Part shown: positions 61,932 to 64,000 of the stretch, piece after piece | Numbering within the stretch: the stretch's first letter is position 1 | Layout of the letters: every line of letters starts with the position of its first letter | Source of the DNA: Squalus acanthias | Taxonomy: Eukaryota | Length of the DNA stretch: 64,000 nt | Reading direction: 5' to 3' | Assembly (NCBI GenBank): GCA_030390025.1 | Contig: CM059430.1 | Coordinates: forward strand, 75,578,001 to 75,642,000 | Program-made: the position numbers and the translations under genes | Notes under the pieces: generated by a model | What the model was told of the DNA's origin: nothing | What the model saw: only the letters and a program-made list of their open reading frames with translations | Database searches by the model: none

Positions 61932-64000
61932 ACATAGAAATATAGAAACATAGAAAATAGGTGCAGGAGTAGACCATTCGGTCCTTCGAGCCTGCACCGC
62001 CATTCAATGCGTTCATGGCTGAACATGCTACCTCAGTACCTCATTCCTGCTTTCTCGCCATACCCCTGATCCCCTTAGTTGTGAGTATTATATCTAACTC
62101 CCTTTTGAATATATTTAGCGAACTGGCCTCAACAACCTTCTGTGGTAGAGAATTCCACAGATTCACCACTCTCTGGGTGAAGAAGTTCCTCCTCATCTCA
62201 GTCTTAAATGGCTTCCCCTTTATCCTTGGACTGTGATCCCTGGTTTTAGTTTTCCCTAACATTGGAAACATTCTGCCCGCATCTAATTTGTCTAAACCAG
62301 TCAGGATTTTAAACGTCTCTATAAGATCCCCCCTCATTCTTCTGAACTCCAGAGGATACAAGTTCAGTGGATCCAGTCTTTCTTGATATGTCAGTCTGGC
62401 CATCCCAGGAATCAATCTAGTGAATCTTCGTTGCACTCCCTCAATAGCAATAATGTCCTTCCTCAAGTTAGGAGACCAAAACTGCACACAATACTCCAGG
62501 TGTGGCCTCACCAAGGCCCTGTACAACTGTAGCATCACCTCCCTACTCCTGTACTCAAATCCCCTTGCTATGAAGGCCATCATGCCATTTGCTTTCTTGA
62601 CTGCCTGCAGCACTTGCCTTCCCACCTTCAGTGACTGATGTACCATGACGCCCAGGTCTCGTTGCACCTCCCCTTTCCCTAATCTGCCACCATTCAGGTA
62701 ATAGTCTGCCTCCCTATTTTTACCACCAAAGTGGATAACCTCACATTTATCCACATTGTACTTCATCTGCCATACATTTGCCCATTCACCCAAACTGTCC
62801 AAGTCACTCTGTAGCCTCCTAGCATCCTCCTCAATGTTCACACTGCCTCCCAATTTAGTGTCATCCGCAAATTTGGATTATCACAATTAATCCCTTCGTC
62901 CAAATCATTTATATATAATGTAAACAGCTGGGGCCACAGCACCGAACCCTGCGGTACCCCGCTGGTCACTGTCTGCCATTCTGAAAAGTACCCATTTAAT
63001 TCTACTCTTTGTTTCCTGTGTGCCAACCAGTTCTCAATCCACGTCCACACATTACCCCCAATCCCATGTGCTTTAACTTTGCACACCAATCTCTTGTGTG
63101 GGACCTTGTCGAAGGCCTTCTGAAAGTCCAAATACACCACATCTACTGGTCCCCCCCCCCCCCGTCCACCCTATTGGAAACATCCTCAAAAAATTCCAGA
63201 AGATTTGTCAAGCATGATTTCCCTATCACAAATCCATGCTGACTTGGACCTATCATGCCGCCACTTTCCAAATGGTCTGTTATGACATCTTTAATAATTA
63301 ATTCCGTCATTTTACCCACCACCGATGTCAGGCTGACCGGTTTATAATTCCCTGCTTTCTCCCTCCCTCCTTTTTTAAAAAGAGGGGTTACATTAGCCAC
63401 CCTCCACTCCTTCGGAACTGATCCAGAGTCTAAGGAATGTTGGAAAATGATCGTCAATGCATCCACTATTTCCAAGGCCACCTCCTTAAGTACTCTGGGA
63501 TGCAGACCATCAGGCCCTGGAGATTTATCAGCCTTCAGTCCCATCAATTTCCCCAACACCTTTTCCCGACTGATAAGGATTTCCCTCAGCTCCTCCCTCT
63601 TACCAGATCCTTTGATCTCTTTTATTTCCGGAAGGTTGTTTGTGTCCTCCACAGTAAACACCGAACCAAAGTACTTGTTCAATTGATCTGCCATTTCTTT
63701 GTTCCCAATTATGACTTCACCTGTTTCTGACTGCAGGGGACCTACCTTTGTTTTTACTAACCACTTTCTTTTTACATATTAATAGAAGCCTTTGCATTCC
63801 GTTTTAATGTTCTCCGCAAGCTTCCTTTCATATTTTATTTTCCCTGCCCTAATCAAACCCTTCGTCCTCCTCTTCTGAGTTTTAAAGTTCTCCCAGTCCC
63901 CGGGTTTGCTGCTACTTCTGGCCAATTTGTATGCCACTTCCTTGCTTTTAATACTATCCCTGATTTCCCTTGTTAGCCATGGTTGAGCCACCTTCCCTTT
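61932..64000 (-). mobile_element. CR1 LINE, opposite orientation, running off the window end
   Basis: (catagaaa)n tail; RT ORFs at 62041-62853, 62838-63140 and 63143-63694. Confidence 0.95.

Overview
This is repeat-rich vertebrate genomic DNA, most likely from a cartilaginous fish (inferred from V-SINE/Deu-SINE-type SINEs, CR1 LINEs with an esterase ORF1, Penelope elements, Harbingers and a 67-bp minisatellite). Its core is a tandem cluster of non-rearranging, antigen-receptor-like Ig-superfamily genes on the + strand. The layout is leader / V domain with germline-joined J-like motif / C1 domain / TM / two cytoplasmic exons, with phase-1 introns around the domain exons. Gene A (10805-19351) is intact through the TM exon. 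Unit B (36547-39180) is an intact L-V-C1 with no TM exon of its own. Unit C (41015-47167) is a close paralogue of B with two 1-nt frameshifts. There is also a half-C1 relic (43071-43179) and two orphan TM exons (1928-2047, 53298-53506) inside a ~4.8-kb segmental duplication spaced ~51.7 kb apart. The rest is mostly transposable elements. One near-full-length CR1 (56836-61424), nested in a Harbinger, has 76-bp 5' monomers and a localized A-to-G hypermutated tract that looks like fossil ADAR editing. Exon models come from manual reading of splice sites and frames, without transcript or database support; element boundaries are approximate unless a TIR or TSD is given.
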